Assembly (NCBI GenBank): GCA_965197905.1
Contig: CBDAOB010000005.1
Span: 2,336,001 to 2,400,000 of the forward strand
Source: Candidatus Latescibacterota bacterium
GTDB lineage: Bacteria > Latescibacterota > UBA2968 > UBA8231
DNA: 64,000 nt
Direction: 5' to 3'
In this document: piece by piece, positions 37,384 through 47,440 of the stretch
Numbering within the stretch: the stretch's first letter is position 1
Layout: each line of letters starts with the position of its first letter
The notes under the pieces: model-generated
Told to the model about the DNA's origin: nothing
Databases searched by the model: none
Seen by the model: only the letters and a program-made list of their open reading frames with translations
Position numbers and translations under genes: made by a program

Positions 37384-37422
37384 GATGTTACCTATCTTCT
37401 AATGTAGAAACAAGATACAGCC

Positions 37423-37452
37423 AATATAGGAGCCGTCGCGGAAGCAGGTCAA
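37423..37452 (-). promoter_or_regulatory. Putative sigma70 promoter for the cNMP-domain genes
   Basis: Minus strand TTGACC-18 nt-TATATT. Confidence 0.5.
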
Positions 37453-37958
37453 GCGCTTTTTAGACCACCGCGTTCGAGGGCCGCTGCCAGAGAAATGCCG
37501 GTAAACATACCGGCCGCGCCTTGCATCGCGTTGCCCGGTAGACTGAGAAGCGCCGGCGGCAGGCTGTAGAAGATCCATTCCACCGCGAAATAACCGCATA
37601 CCATCGCCGCCGCCCCTAGGATCACCCCTGGAAACGCGAACAACACCCTGGGCACGCCCGACTGCCGGTACCAGACGCGGTGTGACAGCCAACCCACCAG
37701 GTAACCTTCGAGACCTTTTATTGCCAGCGTCGGCAAGGCCCAGTGGGAATATCCGCCGTAGACATCGGCAAGAGCCGAACCCACGCCCCCCGCGGCGGCA
37801 GCGGCCACGGGACCGAACAGAAGTGCTCCTGCGATGATGATTCCGTCGCCGAGGTTGAGATACCCTTCCGTGGCGGGCATCGGTATCCGCACCGCCAGCG
37901 TGACGGCTGCAACCAATGCCGTCAACAGCCCCAGGCGCGCGAGTTGGCCGGTCTTCAC
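37449..37958 (-). CDS. ECF transporter S component
   Basis: RIPMPATEGYLNLGDG, LFGP..AA.AGGVGSALAD..GGY..W...T..IKG; start re-called to GTG 37958 (GTGA overlap). Confidence 0.9.
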   Translation of the reverse strand: MKTGQLARLGLLTALVAAVTLAVRIPMPATEGYLNLGDGIIIAGALLFGPVAAAAAGGVGSALADVYGGYSHWALPTLAIKGLEGYLVGWLSHRVWYRQSGVPRVLFAFPGVILGAAAMVCGYFAVEWIFYSLPPALLSLPGNAMQGAAGMFTGISLAAALERGGLKSA

Positions 37959-38827
37959 GATTCGTTTTGGTCGGTTTTCTTCTTCTGCGGTTTGGCGTGT
38001 AATTTGCGCAACTGCCGGCGCCGTCCCCACCGACTGCGACGCACCCGCCGCCGGCCTAGGGGTAGCTGTATCCGGTTCTCCTGCTGGAGATCGTCGATCA
38101 CGTCGTTGAGGAGATTGGGGACGTTGGTAATTATGCCATTGGCACCCATCATGATCAGATCGCGCATGGCAATCTCTTCGTCGACGGTCCAGGTCCACAC
38201 GGCGATCGCCCGCTTGCGCATCTCTTCCAGCAATACCGGCGTGAGCGCGGCGTGCCAGATGGCCAACGCATTGGCCCCGGTTTGCAGCACCTGGCGAACG
38301 AGGCTCCGCGCGCGAACGCGAGACGGCGTCGCGGGCAGTTGTCCCACGAGCAGAGCCGCCGGAATGCTGGGATCCAACAGCTTTACCCGTTGAACCGTCT
38401 GACGGCTGAACGATTGGATGATGACCCGACCGCCGGCCGCCGCATCCTCCACACAGCGCAGTACCTGCTCGGCGACCCGGTCCGCCTTGATCTCGATGAG
38501 AACCAGGACCCTGTTGCGGGCGAGCTCCAGAGCCTCTTCCAGCAAAGGCACCTGTTGGTCGGAGAATTCCATGTCGAACCAGGAACCAGCATCCACCCGA
38601 CGTACACGATCCGCCGTCTGGTCGCGAATCGAACCCTTGGAGTCGGTGGTTCGATCGAGGGTGGCGTCGTGCACGACCACGAGTTTGCCGTCCGCTGTGA
38701 CCTGAACATCTATCTCGACCACGTCGACACCGATCTGAATCGCATGCTCGATGGCTGCCAGTGTATTCTCGGGAGCGAGGCCGGCGCCCGAGGCACCGCG
38801 GTGGGCGATTCGCACGGGGGGAATCAT
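37955..38827 (-). CDS. Glycerophosphodiester phosphodiesterase
   Basis: IAHRGASG..PENT, EIDVQ.TADG..VVVHD, IEIK, WTVDE, GIITN. Confidence 0.95.
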   Translation of the reverse strand: MIPPVRIAHRGASGAGLAPENTLAAIEHAIQIGVDVVEIDVQVTADGKLVVVHDATLDRTTDSKGSIRDQTADRVRRVDAGSWFDMEFSDQQVPLLEEALELARNRVLVLIEIKADRVAEQVLRCVEDAAAGGRVIIQSFSRQTVQRVKLLDPSIPAALLVGQLPATPSRVRARSLVRQVLQTGANALAIWHAALTPVLLEEMRKRAIAVWTWTVDEEIAMRDLIMMGANGIITNVPNLLNDVIDDLQQENRIQLPLGRRRVRRSRWGRRRQLRKLHAKPQKKKTDQNES

Positions 38828-38845
38828 TGGAGCAGGGATTTCAAA

Positions 38846-40078
38846 TCAAGCCCCGAACTTGGCCAAGCGTCCAGCGTGAGCCAGCGCCAGGGCCATCAGG
38901 GAAGTGGAGGATAGATGGCCGAGACTGCCACCAGCGCAGCCGTGCTCGGTAAACGCGGCCGTTGGCACTGGCACAACTGCTTGACTGGAAATCACGCACG
39001 GGACCGGATGCCAACTGTGACTGCGCATGATCGAAGGTGTCGAGTGATCACCCGTAATCACCATTACGTCCGGAGACAGCTCCTCCAGTCGCGGCACGAT
39101 CGAATCCACTTCCTCCAGGAGCTTCACCTTGAGATCAAAATCTCCATCCTCTCCGGCGCTGTCCGTCGGTTTGAAATGAAGGTAGGTAAAATCGTATGCA
39201 GCGAAGCGTTCTTCCAGGGCGAGGCACCCGGACGCGAGATCATTTGCCGTGGCGACGGTATCCATGCCGACTGCGGCGGCTACCCCACGATACATCGGAT
39301 ATGCCGCGACGGCCAATGCTTTCAGTCCATAGACATCGAGAAACTGGGGTAGCTCCGGATAGCCACCGAAACCGCGCAAAAGCACCATATTGGCGGGATG
39401 CTCGTTTGCCAATAACAGCTTCGTTTGGCGTAAGAACTCGTTGGTCACCTCGACCGTGTTATTGGCCTCGTCGGCCAGCGCCCTCAATTCCAGCGAAGAC
39501 ACGCCGATCACTTGTGGATCCGAATCGGATACGCAGTCGCTGAGACCGGTGCCTCTGAGTTTGACCACGGCGCGGTAATCCAGCTCGGGAGTGATCTCAA
39601 CTTCCACCTTCGGAATCGAAACCTGCTTGAGAATTTCACACATCTCGCGGCAGGCTTCGGTCGAGATTCTGCCAGCGCGCCGATCCAGAACCAGACCGGT
39701 CGGATCCACGGTGCAGAAATTCAGGCGAATCGCCACATCCCCCTTCTTGAAATCGAGTCCCAGACCCAGCGCTGACAGTGCCCCTCGTCCGACCTTGAAA
39801 TGTAGCGGATCGTACCCGAAAAGACCCAGGTGAGCCGCACCACTTCCCGGAGTCAGCCCCGGCGCAATCGGTGTGTGCAGCCCGCAACTGCCCGCTGCTG
39901 CCAGACGGTCAAGGTTTGGTAGGGCTGCCGTATCGAGTTCACTCAACCCGGTATCCGGATGGGGAAGTCCTCCCAACCCGTCCACTACAAGCAAAAGGAT
40001 CTTGCTGTCGGCGGTTCCGGAGATCCGGCTCTTGCATAACTCCGAGCTGGGGTGTATTGCGCTCAATCTTCCTCGCAC
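38846..40078 (-). CDS. apgM: 2,3-BPG-independent phosphoglycerate mutase (archaeal-type)
   Basis: VVDGLGG, PGSGAAHLGLFGYDP, VGRG, DRRAGRI, TGDHSTP, HSWHPVP. Confidence 0.92.
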   Translation of the reverse strand: MRGRLSAIHPSSELCKSRISGTADSKILLLVVDGLGGLPHPDTGLSELDTAALPNLDRLAAAGSCGLHTPIAPGLTPGSGAAHLGLFGYDPLHFKVGRGALSALGLGLDFKKGDVAIRLNFCTVDPTGLVLDRRAGRISTEACREMCEILKQVSIPKVEVEITPELDYRAVVKLRGTGLSDCVSDSDPQVIGVSSLELRALADEANNTVEVTNEFLRQTKLLLANEHPANMVLLRGFGGYPELPQFLDVYGLKALAVAAYPMYRGVAAAVGMDTVATANDLASGCLALEERFAAYDFTYLHFKPTDSAGEDGDFDLKVKLLEEVDSIVPRLEELSPDVMVITGDHSTPSIMRSHSWHPVPCVISSQAVVPVPTAAFTEHGCAGGSLGHLSSTSLMALALAHAGRLAKFGA

Positions 40079-41751
40079 AAATCCTTGAGAACAAGCTGCA
40101 CCGCACCGTTGCCGGCAAAATTGTCCGCTTCCAGGGCGAAAGCGGCGCTCAACCGCCGCCCGGGTTCCAATTCCTTAGCCAGGTCGCCCCTGTTCCACCA
40201 CAAAGCGGTGTAGGATGCGCCTCCGGCTTCGAACTCCATCTTGAGATGGATCCCCTGCCGTCCGATCCGCTTGCGCGAGGTCAACTGCAGATCGCGGGCA
40301 GCGAAAATCGGGGCTTCGTGACCGTTGCCGAACGGCTCCAGTCGCTCCAACTCGCGCAGTGTGCCGGAGGTTATGTCCTCAGGACGCAGCACGAGATCGA
40401 CCTTCAAATGCCTTTCCAGGTCGGCAGCGTTGAGTTCTGAATTGACCCGGTCGAGAAGCTCGACGCGAAACGCTTCGAACTCGTCCGCCTGCATCGAAAA
40501 ACCTGCTGCCGCGGCGTGTCCTCCGTAGGTCAGCAGGTGGTGGGAGCAGCGGCTGATGGCAAGGCTGATGTCGTAGCCGGGAATACTGCGGGCCGACCCG
40601 GTGTACGTCCCATCGCCGCGCGCGTCGGTGCAGGCGATGGCCGGTCGTCCATGGCGATCGGCCAGCTTGCCAGCCAGCAATCCCACTATTCCCAGATGCC
40701 AGCTCTCACCGAGGAGAATGATGATATGGTCGGTCTCTAGGTCTGCGGCGGCGAGAAGATCTTCTGCTTCGCCCAGCCCCTCACGCTGCAGCTGCTGCCG
40801 CTGGGCATTCATCTCATTCAATTCCTCCGCCAGCAGCGCCGCCTCGCTGTCGCGATCGCATCGCAGGAGCTGCAACGCCTTGTCCGGAGAAGCCAGCCGG
40901 CCTGCCACGTTTATTCGGGGACCGAGATAGAAACCGATCGCCGTAGCGGTTATGGGACCTTCCCCGCAGCCTGCCGCTTCTCGAAGGTGGCGAAGACCTG
41001 GGCGCTGTGTGGTTTCCAGGATCTCGAATCCCCGCCGTATCAACGCCCGGTTTTCCCCCAACACCGGCATTACATCGGCGACGGTGCCCAGAGCAACCAG
41101 ATCCAGCAGTCCATTCAGGTACCGGCGCCGGTCCCCGGACGGCTCGACCCGCTCGGACAACGCCTGCACCAGCTTGAAGGTGACCCCGACGCCAGCAAGC
41201 CCCTTGAACGGATAAGGGCAGTCCACTCGATTCGGATTGATGACGCTGTGGGCGGCAGGCAGTGCGTCGAGCTGTTGGTGGTGGTCCACAACGATCACAT
41301 CCACGCCTGCGTTGGTCGCCTCGTCTATCGCCTCGAAGGCGGAGATTCCATTGTCTACGGTGACGATGACATGGGCCCCCTTTTCGAATGCCCTGCGGAC
41401 GCCGCCGGGCTTGAGACCGTACCCGTCCTGGTGCCGGTCCGGCAAGACGTAGTCGACAGAGGCGTCGACCTCTGTTAGGTAATCGAGGAGAAGCGCCGTG
41501 CTCGTCACTCCATCCACGTCGTAGTCACCAAACACGACGATCTTGTCGCGCTTCCTGATGGCCTTTTCAAGGCGATCAACAGCACGCTCGAGATCTGTCA
41601 ACAGTGATGGTGAATGCAGGGACTCCGGCCCCACAGCCAGGTCGTCCAACGTCAGTGAACGGCCGGCCAGAAGCGCTTCTACGACGGAATCGTAGTCACC
41701 TTCGTGTAGTACATCCCATACGGGAAAGGAACGAATCAACGTGGTCTTCAC
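40063..41751 (-). CDS. recJ: ssDNA-specific exonuclease RecJ
   Basis: GDYDVDG, TVDNG, VDHH, ALGTVAD, PRIN..GRL, GSARS, GGH..AAG, PFGNG. Confidence 0.97.
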   Translation of the reverse strand: MKTTLIRSFPVWDVLHEGDYDSVVEALLAGRSLTLDDLAVGPESLHSPSLLTDLERAVDRLEKAIRKRDKIVVFGDYDVDGVTSTALLLDYLTEVDASVDYVLPDRHQDGYGLKPGGVRRAFEKGAHVIVTVDNGISAFEAIDEATNAGVDVIVVDHHQQLDALPAAHSVINPNRVDCPYPFKGLAGVGVTFKLVQALSERVEPSGDRRRYLNGLLDLVALGTVADVMPVLGENRALIRRGFEILETTQRPGLRHLREAAGCGEGPITATAIGFYLGPRINVAGRLASPDKALQLLRCDRDSEAALLAEELNEMNAQRQQLQREGLGEAEDLLAAADLETDHIIILLGESWHLGIVGLLAGKLADRHGRPAIACTDARGDGTYTGSARSIPGYDISLAISRCSHHLLTYGGHAAAAGFSMQADEFEAFRVELLDRVNSELNAADLERHLKVDLVLRPEDITSGTLRELERLEPFGNGHEAPIFAARDLQLTSRKRIGRQGIHLKMEFEAGGASYTALWWNRGDLAKELEPGRRLSAAFALEADNFAGNGAVQLVLKDLCEED

Positions 41752-41789
41752 GATGCTGCGGAGGGATTTGCTTCGGCCTCGATCCGGGG

Positions 41790-41819
41790 AATATAGACCG
41801 CCATTCGGAGGGGCGTCAA
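41790..41819 (-). promoter_or_regulatory. Putative sigma70 promoter for recJ
   Basis: Minus strand TTGACG-18 nt-TATATT. Confidence 0.55.
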
Positions 41820-41970
41820 GAGGCGGAAGTCACAATTGCTCAATGGTTTGAGTTGCTTAGATTAAAAGGGCGGTGGCGGCGATCGATCGGCGCGAATTGA
41901 ACCCGCGAGACCTGTATTGATGGCCGCGATTCTGGTAGTTCGGTTCGATGCGTTACCCCGGAGAGATCGA

Positions 41971-43206
41971 TTGTCGAGATCCACATTCCGTTCCATCTTG
42001 CCCTTTCTGCTTTTTGCTCAACCTGCTTTCGCCGGCGCCAATGCCGGTGTAGAGATCGAGGTTTCGCCGTTGAGCCCGCCCTGCCAGCAGGAGGGGGGCG
42101 ATACCATCGAGTTTCTGGTCACGGCCCGCGGCATGCAGGACGTTCGCCAAATCAAGCTCGACCTCCGGTGGCAACCGCAAGGTGCGATAGACAGCGTTCG
42201 GGTCGAGCTGCCCGAATCAGCTCAGAGTGCGGGACTGATCGCGCCGTTCCCTGCCGAGGTGGAGCCGGGCGCCGCCGCTCTCGGACTGGCTACCTTTGGA
42301 GACGGTGTAAGTGGCGAAGCAGATCTGATTCGGTTCACGTTGCTCCTTGCCTCCCATGTTACCGCACAGACGAGGATGGATGTCTGGATTGATGAGGTTT
42401 CAATGGGGCCCTCCTCCACCGAGCGCGACAACCTGAATCCCCTGGGAACCGAGCTGCTTGCGAACTACTGCGACGATAGACACCAGATCCTCGAGCACGC
42501 CCTTCTGCTCGATCCCGATGCACAAAGCCTCCCCTACTCCTCACCTCAGCGCTCCCCGATTCTCGATCAGAGCGCAGGAGAGGCTGAGGTGCTCGTCCGC
42601 CTGCTTGACGGTGGCAGCTTGGTGCCAGGAACGATGATGCGGTGGGCCGTCGTCAATTCGGGTGTGAGTCAGGTGAACATCTTCGAAGGGATTGTTAACG
42701 CGCCCGTGCCACCAGGCTTCGGCCGCAGCTACACCACCACAGCGGACCACCGCGGCAGGAGCGCTCTGGTATTCGACGTGGGCGCGCCGACGAGCGGCGA
42801 ACCGACGACGGTGGAGATTTTTGTCTGCGCCGAATCGTCGGAGGGAGAGCGATGTGCCGTCGGCAGAATCGAGTGGACGACGAGGGTGACGGCCATCGCC
42901 GGCACCGATGCCGTTAACTCGAACATCCTCCTGCTTGAACCGAATTACCCCAACCCCTTTAATGGGCAGACCCAAATACGGTTCCATGTTCCCGAGAATG
43001 CGAACGACAAGATCACCCTTGGTATTTTTAACAGTGTGGGGCAGCGCGTGAGGCTGCTCGTGGACGGCCCGCTTTCTCCGGGTGTGACCGAGAAGTCGTG
43101 GAATGGCCGCGACCAGAGTGGAAAAGAGATGGCCAGTGGCGTCTACTTCGCGGTTCTCAGAGCGGGGCTCTCCGTTCGCAGCGCCTCGTTCACGCTGTTG
43201 CGTTAG
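41971..43206 (+). CDS. Secreted protein with cohesin-like/Ig domains and a C-terminal T9SS-A/FlgD-Ig-like domain
   Basis: Signal peptide ..QPAFA; LEPNYPNPFN..T.I.F...IFNS.GQ.VR.L...WNGRD..G...ASGVYF. Confidence 0.85.
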   Translation: MSRSTFRSILPFLLFAQPAFAGANAGVEIEVSPLSPPCQQEGGDTIEFLVTARGMQDVRQIKLDLRWQPQGAIDSVRVELPESAQSAGLIAPFPAEVEPGAAALGLATFGDGVSGEADLIRFTLLLASHVTAQTRMDVWIDEVSMGPSSTERDNLNPLGTELLANYCDDRHQILEHALLLDPDAQSLPYSSPQRSPILDQSAGEAEVLVRLLDGGSLVPGTMMRWAVVNSGVSQVNIFEGIVNAPVPPGFGRSYTTTADHRGRSALVFDVGAPTSGEPTTVEIFVCAESSEGERCAVGRIEWTTRVTAIAGTDAVNSNILLLEPNYPNPFNGQTQIRFHVPENANDKITLGIFNSVGQRVRLLVDGPLSPGVTEKSWNGRDQSGKEMASGVYFAVLRAGLSVRSASFTLLR

Positions 43207-43213
43207 TCCCTGC

Positions 43214-44542
43214 ATGTTCTCCATCGATCCGGCCCGCGAGACCGCGGTACATTTCCTCTCCCAAGTGGACGGCGGCACCGCACGCCTGGACCAACTGTCG
43301 GCAGCAGCCGCACGTGAATCTTTGGAAACCAGAGACTGCAACTTCGTGCGCCAGCTGGTGTATGGCACGTTGCGCTTCCGCCACCGCCTCGATTGGATCG
43401 TGGATCAGTTTGCCCGCCGTCCCCTGTCCACCTGCTCCAACCTGCTGCAGCAGATTCTTCGCGTCGGCGCTTTTCAAATCTGCTTTCTCGATCGCACGCC
43501 GGCGCACGCCGCGGTGGACACAGCGGTATCCATGGCAAAGCGGCATGTGAGCCGCGGCAGTGGCGGAATGGTGAACGCGGTTCTCCGCCGGGTCGGGGAC
43601 AACCGGGACCGCTTCAACTATCCTCCCAAGGAAACTGACCTCCTCGGCTTCCTGGAAACCTTTCACTCGCATCCTCGGTGGCTGGTCGAGCGTTGGGTCC
43701 AACGTTGGGGTGCGGAAATAGCGGAAGCGACGATGGCGATCAACAACAGCCCCTCCGCCACTACGATTCGCCCCAACCGATTGCGCACAGACCGGGACGG
43801 TCTGCTCGAACGACTTCGCGATGGAGGGATCGAGGTGGAACCATGCGGCCCGTTGGATAGTTTTCTGCGCGTTCACTCGGGAGAAGAGCTTTTCAGGTCG
43901 AGCGCGTTTGCCGAGGGATTGTTCCAGGTACAGGACCCCAACGCGGCGATCCCCGTTGCGTTGCTGGATCCCCAACCGGGAGAGTCGGTGCTCGACGGCT
44001 GCAGCGCTCCAGGTGGCAAAGCGACTCAAATCGCGGAGGCGATGAACGATCGCGGGTTGGTAGTCGCGCTGGATTTCCATCCGGGGCGCTTGCGGAGAGT
44101 ACGTGAGAACATCGAACGCTTGGGTCTGACCTGCCTGCGGCCGGTGGCTCAGGATATCGCCCACCTTGAGGGCAGTTTCGATCGGGTGCTGGCAGATGTA
44201 CCCTGCACTGGAACCGGCGTGCTCGGCCGCCGGCCGGATATGCGGTGGCGACGGCGCCCGGATGATCTGGGCGCCATGGCTGCGACTCAGCTCTCTATTC
44301 TTTCCCACGCCTTTGCGAATCTCAAGCCGGGAGGTGTTCTGACCTACAGCACCTGCAGCCTCGAGCCGGAGGAGAACGATTTGCTCGTCGAGAGATTCCT
44401 GGCATCTGAGCCTCGGGGTCGGCTGGAATCCGCCTGTGCTGCCTTCCCTCAATCGGCCTGGGCAGGTAGATACGTAGAGACCATCCCGGGGCGCGATGGC
44501 GGCGACGGCTGTTTCGCGGCGCGCATCCGCCGCCTGGCATGA
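43214..44542 (+). CDS. rsmB: 16S rRNA m5C967 methyltransferase RsmB
   Basis: NusB-like N-domain (VYGTLR, VNAVLR); QD, LDGCSAPGGK, DVPCTGTG, YSTCS..PEEN; start ATG 43214. Confidence 0.95.
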   Translation: MFSIDPARETAVHFLSQVDGGTARLDQLSAAAARESLETRDCNFVRQLVYGTLRFRHRLDWIVDQFARRPLSTCSNLLQQILRVGAFQICFLDRTPAHAAVDTAVSMAKRHVSRGSGGMVNAVLRRVGDNRDRFNYPPKETDLLGFLETFHSHPRWLVERWVQRWGAEIAEATMAINNSPSATTIRPNRLRTDRDGLLERLRDGGIEVEPCGPLDSFLRVHSGEELFRSSAFAEGLFQVQDPNAAIPVALLDPQPGESVLDGCSAPGGKATQIAEAMNDRGLVVALDFHPGRLRRVRENIERLGLTCLRPVAQDIAHLEGSFDRVLADVPCTGTGVLGRRPDMRWRRRPDDLGAMAATQLSILSHAFANLKPGGVLTYSTCSLEPEENDLLVERFLASEPRGRLESACAAFPQSAWAGRYVETIPGRDGGDGCFAARIRRLA

Positions 44543-45336
44543 TGCGCCGATTTCTTCGCAAGATCTTGTTTTTAGTCCTCGTGGCGACCTCCACTCTGGT
44601 TGCGATCGTGGCTTTTATAGACTTGGTGATCATGCCCTATCTGGTGGATGTGCCTCGGGTGAAGTCGCCCGACCTGCGGGGCCTGGCGTTAACGCGGGCA
44701 AAAGGACGCCTGCACGCGCTGGGACTTCGTCTAAGCATTCGCGACAGCAGCTATCACGAGAGCGTTGCCGCGGGGGCGGTCCTGTACCAATCCCCCGACG
44801 CTGGCGTCAGCGTGAAGAAGGGAAGGCGAATCTCGGTGGATGTGAGCATGGGACCGCGGTTTTATGCCGTCCCCGATGTGCGTAGCGTCAGCCTGCGAGA
44901 AGCCCAACTTCAACTGGAGCATGCACAGCTGCGGCTCGGCGAGGTGATCTTTGTCTCGTCCGAGTCGATACCCGGTGGGGCGGTCATAAAACAGGTCCCT
45001 CAACACGGGATCGAGCTGCCGCGGCACAGCGTGGTCGACCTGGAAATCAGCAGCGGATCCCCCGGCCAACCCAAGCGCGTTCCCAATCTGGGTGGTCTGT
45101 CCATCGAAGTTGTCGAAGACACCTTGCGCAAATATGAGATGCGCTTGGGAACCATAAGAAGCAGCATCGACAACGCCGTACCACCCGGACACATTCTAGA
45201 CCAGGATCCACGAGCCGGTGAGCGAGTTGCGCGACTGAGCGCAATAAACCTCGTCCTCAGCGTCGTTGGTAGCACCGCGTCCGGCAACGACACAACCATC
45301 GCCGATCCATTATTGGAGCCGGACCTTGACCTCTGA
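44539..45336 (+). CDS. PASTA-domain membrane protein (three PASTA domains)
   Basis: TM helix then PDLRG, VPDVRS and VPNLGG repeats, each with Q.P..G. Confidence 0.9.
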   Translation: MMRRFLRKILFLVLVATSTLVAIVAFIDLVIMPYLVDVPRVKSPDLRGLALTRAKGRLHALGLRLSIRDSSYHESVAAGAVLYQSPDAGVSVKKGRRISVDVSMGPRFYAVPDVRSVSLREAQLQLEHAQLRLGEVIFVSSESIPGGAVIKQVPQHGIELPRHSVVDLEISSGSPGQPKRVPNLGGLSIEVVEDTLRKYEMRLGTIRSSIDNAVPPGHILDQDPRAGERVARLSAINLVLSVVGSTASGNDTTIADPLLEPDLDL

Positions 45337-45979
45337 GATCCAGATCGCCCCATCGATTCTAGCTGCCGACTTTGGTCGCCTCACTGAGGAGATCAAGGAA
45401 GTTGAACGCGCCGGCGCCGATCTCCTCCACCTCGACATAATGGATGGCTGTTTCGTGCCGAACTTGAGCTTCGGTATCCCGGTTGTAGAGGCGATCCGCC
45501 GGGCGACATCCCTATTCCTGGACACCCATCTGATGTTGGCCGATCCGGGGAAGTACCTGGCGCCGTTCCGCGACGCCGGGGCTGACTCTCTGACCTTTCA
45601 CATCGAGGGCTGCCCCGATCCGCGCCACCTCGCCGACAAGGTTCACCGGTTGGGCGCAGAATGCGGGGTCGCCGTCAACCCGGGAACGGCGGTGGAATCG
45701 CTCTTTGAGGCTCTAGGAGATCTGGATCTCGCCCTGGTCATGTCGGTCGAGCCGGGATTCGGCGGGCAGAGTTTCATGGACAGCTCTCTTCCCAAGATTT
45801 CGGCTCTGCGGAGGCGGGCGGACGCGGAACGGCTAGCTCTCAAGGTAGAGGTAGACGGAGGCGTCACCTCCGCCAACGCCGCTTCCTGCCGCGCCGCTGG
45901 CGCCGACATCCTGGTCGCTGGTTCATCGGTCTTCGGCGCAGAGAATCGAACCGCGGCGATCGTGGAGCTCCGGGGCTGA
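45326..45979 (+). CDS. rpe: Ribulose-phosphate 3-epimerase
   Basis: IAPSILAADF, HLDIMDG.FVPN, MSVEPGFGGQ, VDGG; TTG start at 45326. Confidence 0.97.
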   Translation: MTSEIQIAPSILAADFGRLTEEIKEVERAGADLLHLDIMDGCFVPNLSFGIPVVEAIRRATSLFLDTHLMLADPGKYLAPFRDAGADSLTFHIEGCPDPRHLADKVHRLGAECGVAVNPGTAVESLFEALGDLDLALVMSVEPGFGGQSFMDSSLPKISALRRRADAERLALKVEVDGGVTSANAASCRAAGADILVAGSSVFGAENRTAAIVELRG

Positions 45980-46010
45980 ATTTCAACCCGTTTCCCCACT
46001 CCCACCTCTG

Positions 46011-46039
46011 TTGCCCGATACCCTATATAAATCTATATT
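46011..46039 (+). promoter_or_regulatory. Putative sigma70 promoter for the ffh operon
   Basis: TTGCCC-17 nt-TATATT. Confidence 0.55.
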
Positions 46040-46082
46040 AAGACGTTTCTTTCGAAATCTTTAGCGGCAAGAGAAGACAACG

Positions 46083-47408
46083 ATGTTTGAACGTCTGACA
46101 GAACGATTCGAATCCATATTCAAAACCCTCAGAGGTCAGGGTCGAATATCCGAGCGCAACGTCGAGGAAACCTTGCGCGAGATTCGCCGTTCTCTGCTGG
46201 AAGCGGACGTTAATTTTCAGGTCGCCAAGAGTTTCGTGCGCAGGGTTAAAGAGCGAGCCATGGGCCATGAGGTGCTACAGAGTCTTACGCCGGGTCAGCA
46301 GCTCATCAAGATCGTGCATGACGAGATGATTGCGCTCTTGGGGGGTGACAACCAACCGTTGAAGATGGCCGACAGACCACCCACCGTTATCATGCTTGTA
46401 GGTCTGCAGGGATGTGGCAAAACTACCGTAGCGGGAAAACTCGCTCGGCGGTTCAAGGAACAGGGCCGCATGCCGCAGCTGGTGGCGGCGGATGTCTACC
46501 GGCCTGCGGCCATCGACCAGTTGCAGAGCTTGGGACAGCAGCTCGAGGTTCCGGTGTATACCGACGATTCAGCCGATCCGACAAAGATCTGCCTGGCGGG
46601 ATTGCGAGAGGCGGTGGAATCCAACCGCAGTGTCCTGATCGTGGACACGGCCGGTCGACTCAGCATCGACGAGGAAATGATGGATGAGCTCGTCGCCCTC
46701 CGCGATTCGATCACCCCGCATGAAATCCTTTTCGTGGCGGACAGCATGCTGGGGCAAGATGCCGTGGAGACGGCGACCCGCTTTTACGAACGGCTTGCGT
46801 TTACCGGTTGTATCCTGACCAAGCTGGATGGGGATGCGCGCGGCGGTGCCGCCTTGTCCATACTGGAAGTCACTGGACAGCCGATCAAATTCATCGGTAC
46901 GGGAGAAAAGCTGGAGGCGCTCGAGACCTTTCATCCCGATCGCATGGCTTCTAGAATACTCGGGATGGGAGACATCGTGTCGTTTGTTGAGAAAGCCGAA
47001 CAGGCATTCGAGCATGACAGGGCGCAGGAAATGGACGAGCGCCTGAGAAGGGAGGCGTTTACCTTCGAAGATTTTCTCGAACAGATCGGGGTCATCAAAC
47101 AGATGGGGCCGCTGGATCAGCTGGTGGGCATGCTGCCCGGAGCAGGCAACGCCCTCAAGGGGGTGCAACTGGGGGACGACGCCTTCAACCAGGCCGAGGC
47201 GATCATCAATTCAATGACCCCACAGGAGCGGGGCATGCCACAGCTCCTCAACGGCAGCCGCCGGAAGCGAATCGCCCGCGGCAGTGGCACCGCCATTCAG
47301 GACGTCAATCGCCTGATCAAGCAGTTTCAAATGATGCAGAAGATGTTCAAGCAGATGCACCGCGCAAAACCGGGCAGAAATAAATTCAGTCTTCCGTTCA
47401 TGAATTGA
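46083..47408 (+). CDS. ffh: Signal recognition particle protein
   Basis: GLQGCGKTT, DTAGR, TKLDGDARGG, RMASRILGMGD, SRRKRIARGSG. Confidence 0.98.
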   Translation: MFERLTERFESIFKTLRGQGRISERNVEETLREIRRSLLEADVNFQVAKSFVRRVKERAMGHEVLQSLTPGQQLIKIVHDEMIALLGGDNQPLKMADRPPTVIMLVGLQGCGKTTVAGKLARRFKEQGRMPQLVAADVYRPAAIDQLQSLGQQLEVPVYTDDSADPTKICLAGLREAVESNRSVLIVDTAGRLSIDEEMMDELVALRDSITPHEILFVADSMLGQDAVETATRFYERLAFTGCILTKLDGDARGGAALSILEVTGQPIKFIGTGEKLEALETFHPDRMASRILGMGDIVSFVEKAEQAFEHDRAQEMDERLRREAFTFEDFLEQIGVIKQMGPLDQLVGMLPGAGNALKGVQLGDDAFNQAEAIINSMTPQERGMPQLLNGSRRKRIARGSGTAIQDVNRLIKQFQMMQKMFKQMHRAKPGRNKFSLPFMN

Positions 47409-47440
47409 TTTAACGACACCCAAAAGGAGGAGACCCACCT

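Noticed and set aside
43190..44452. 420-aa antisense ORF
   Set aside because: Shadow of rsmB
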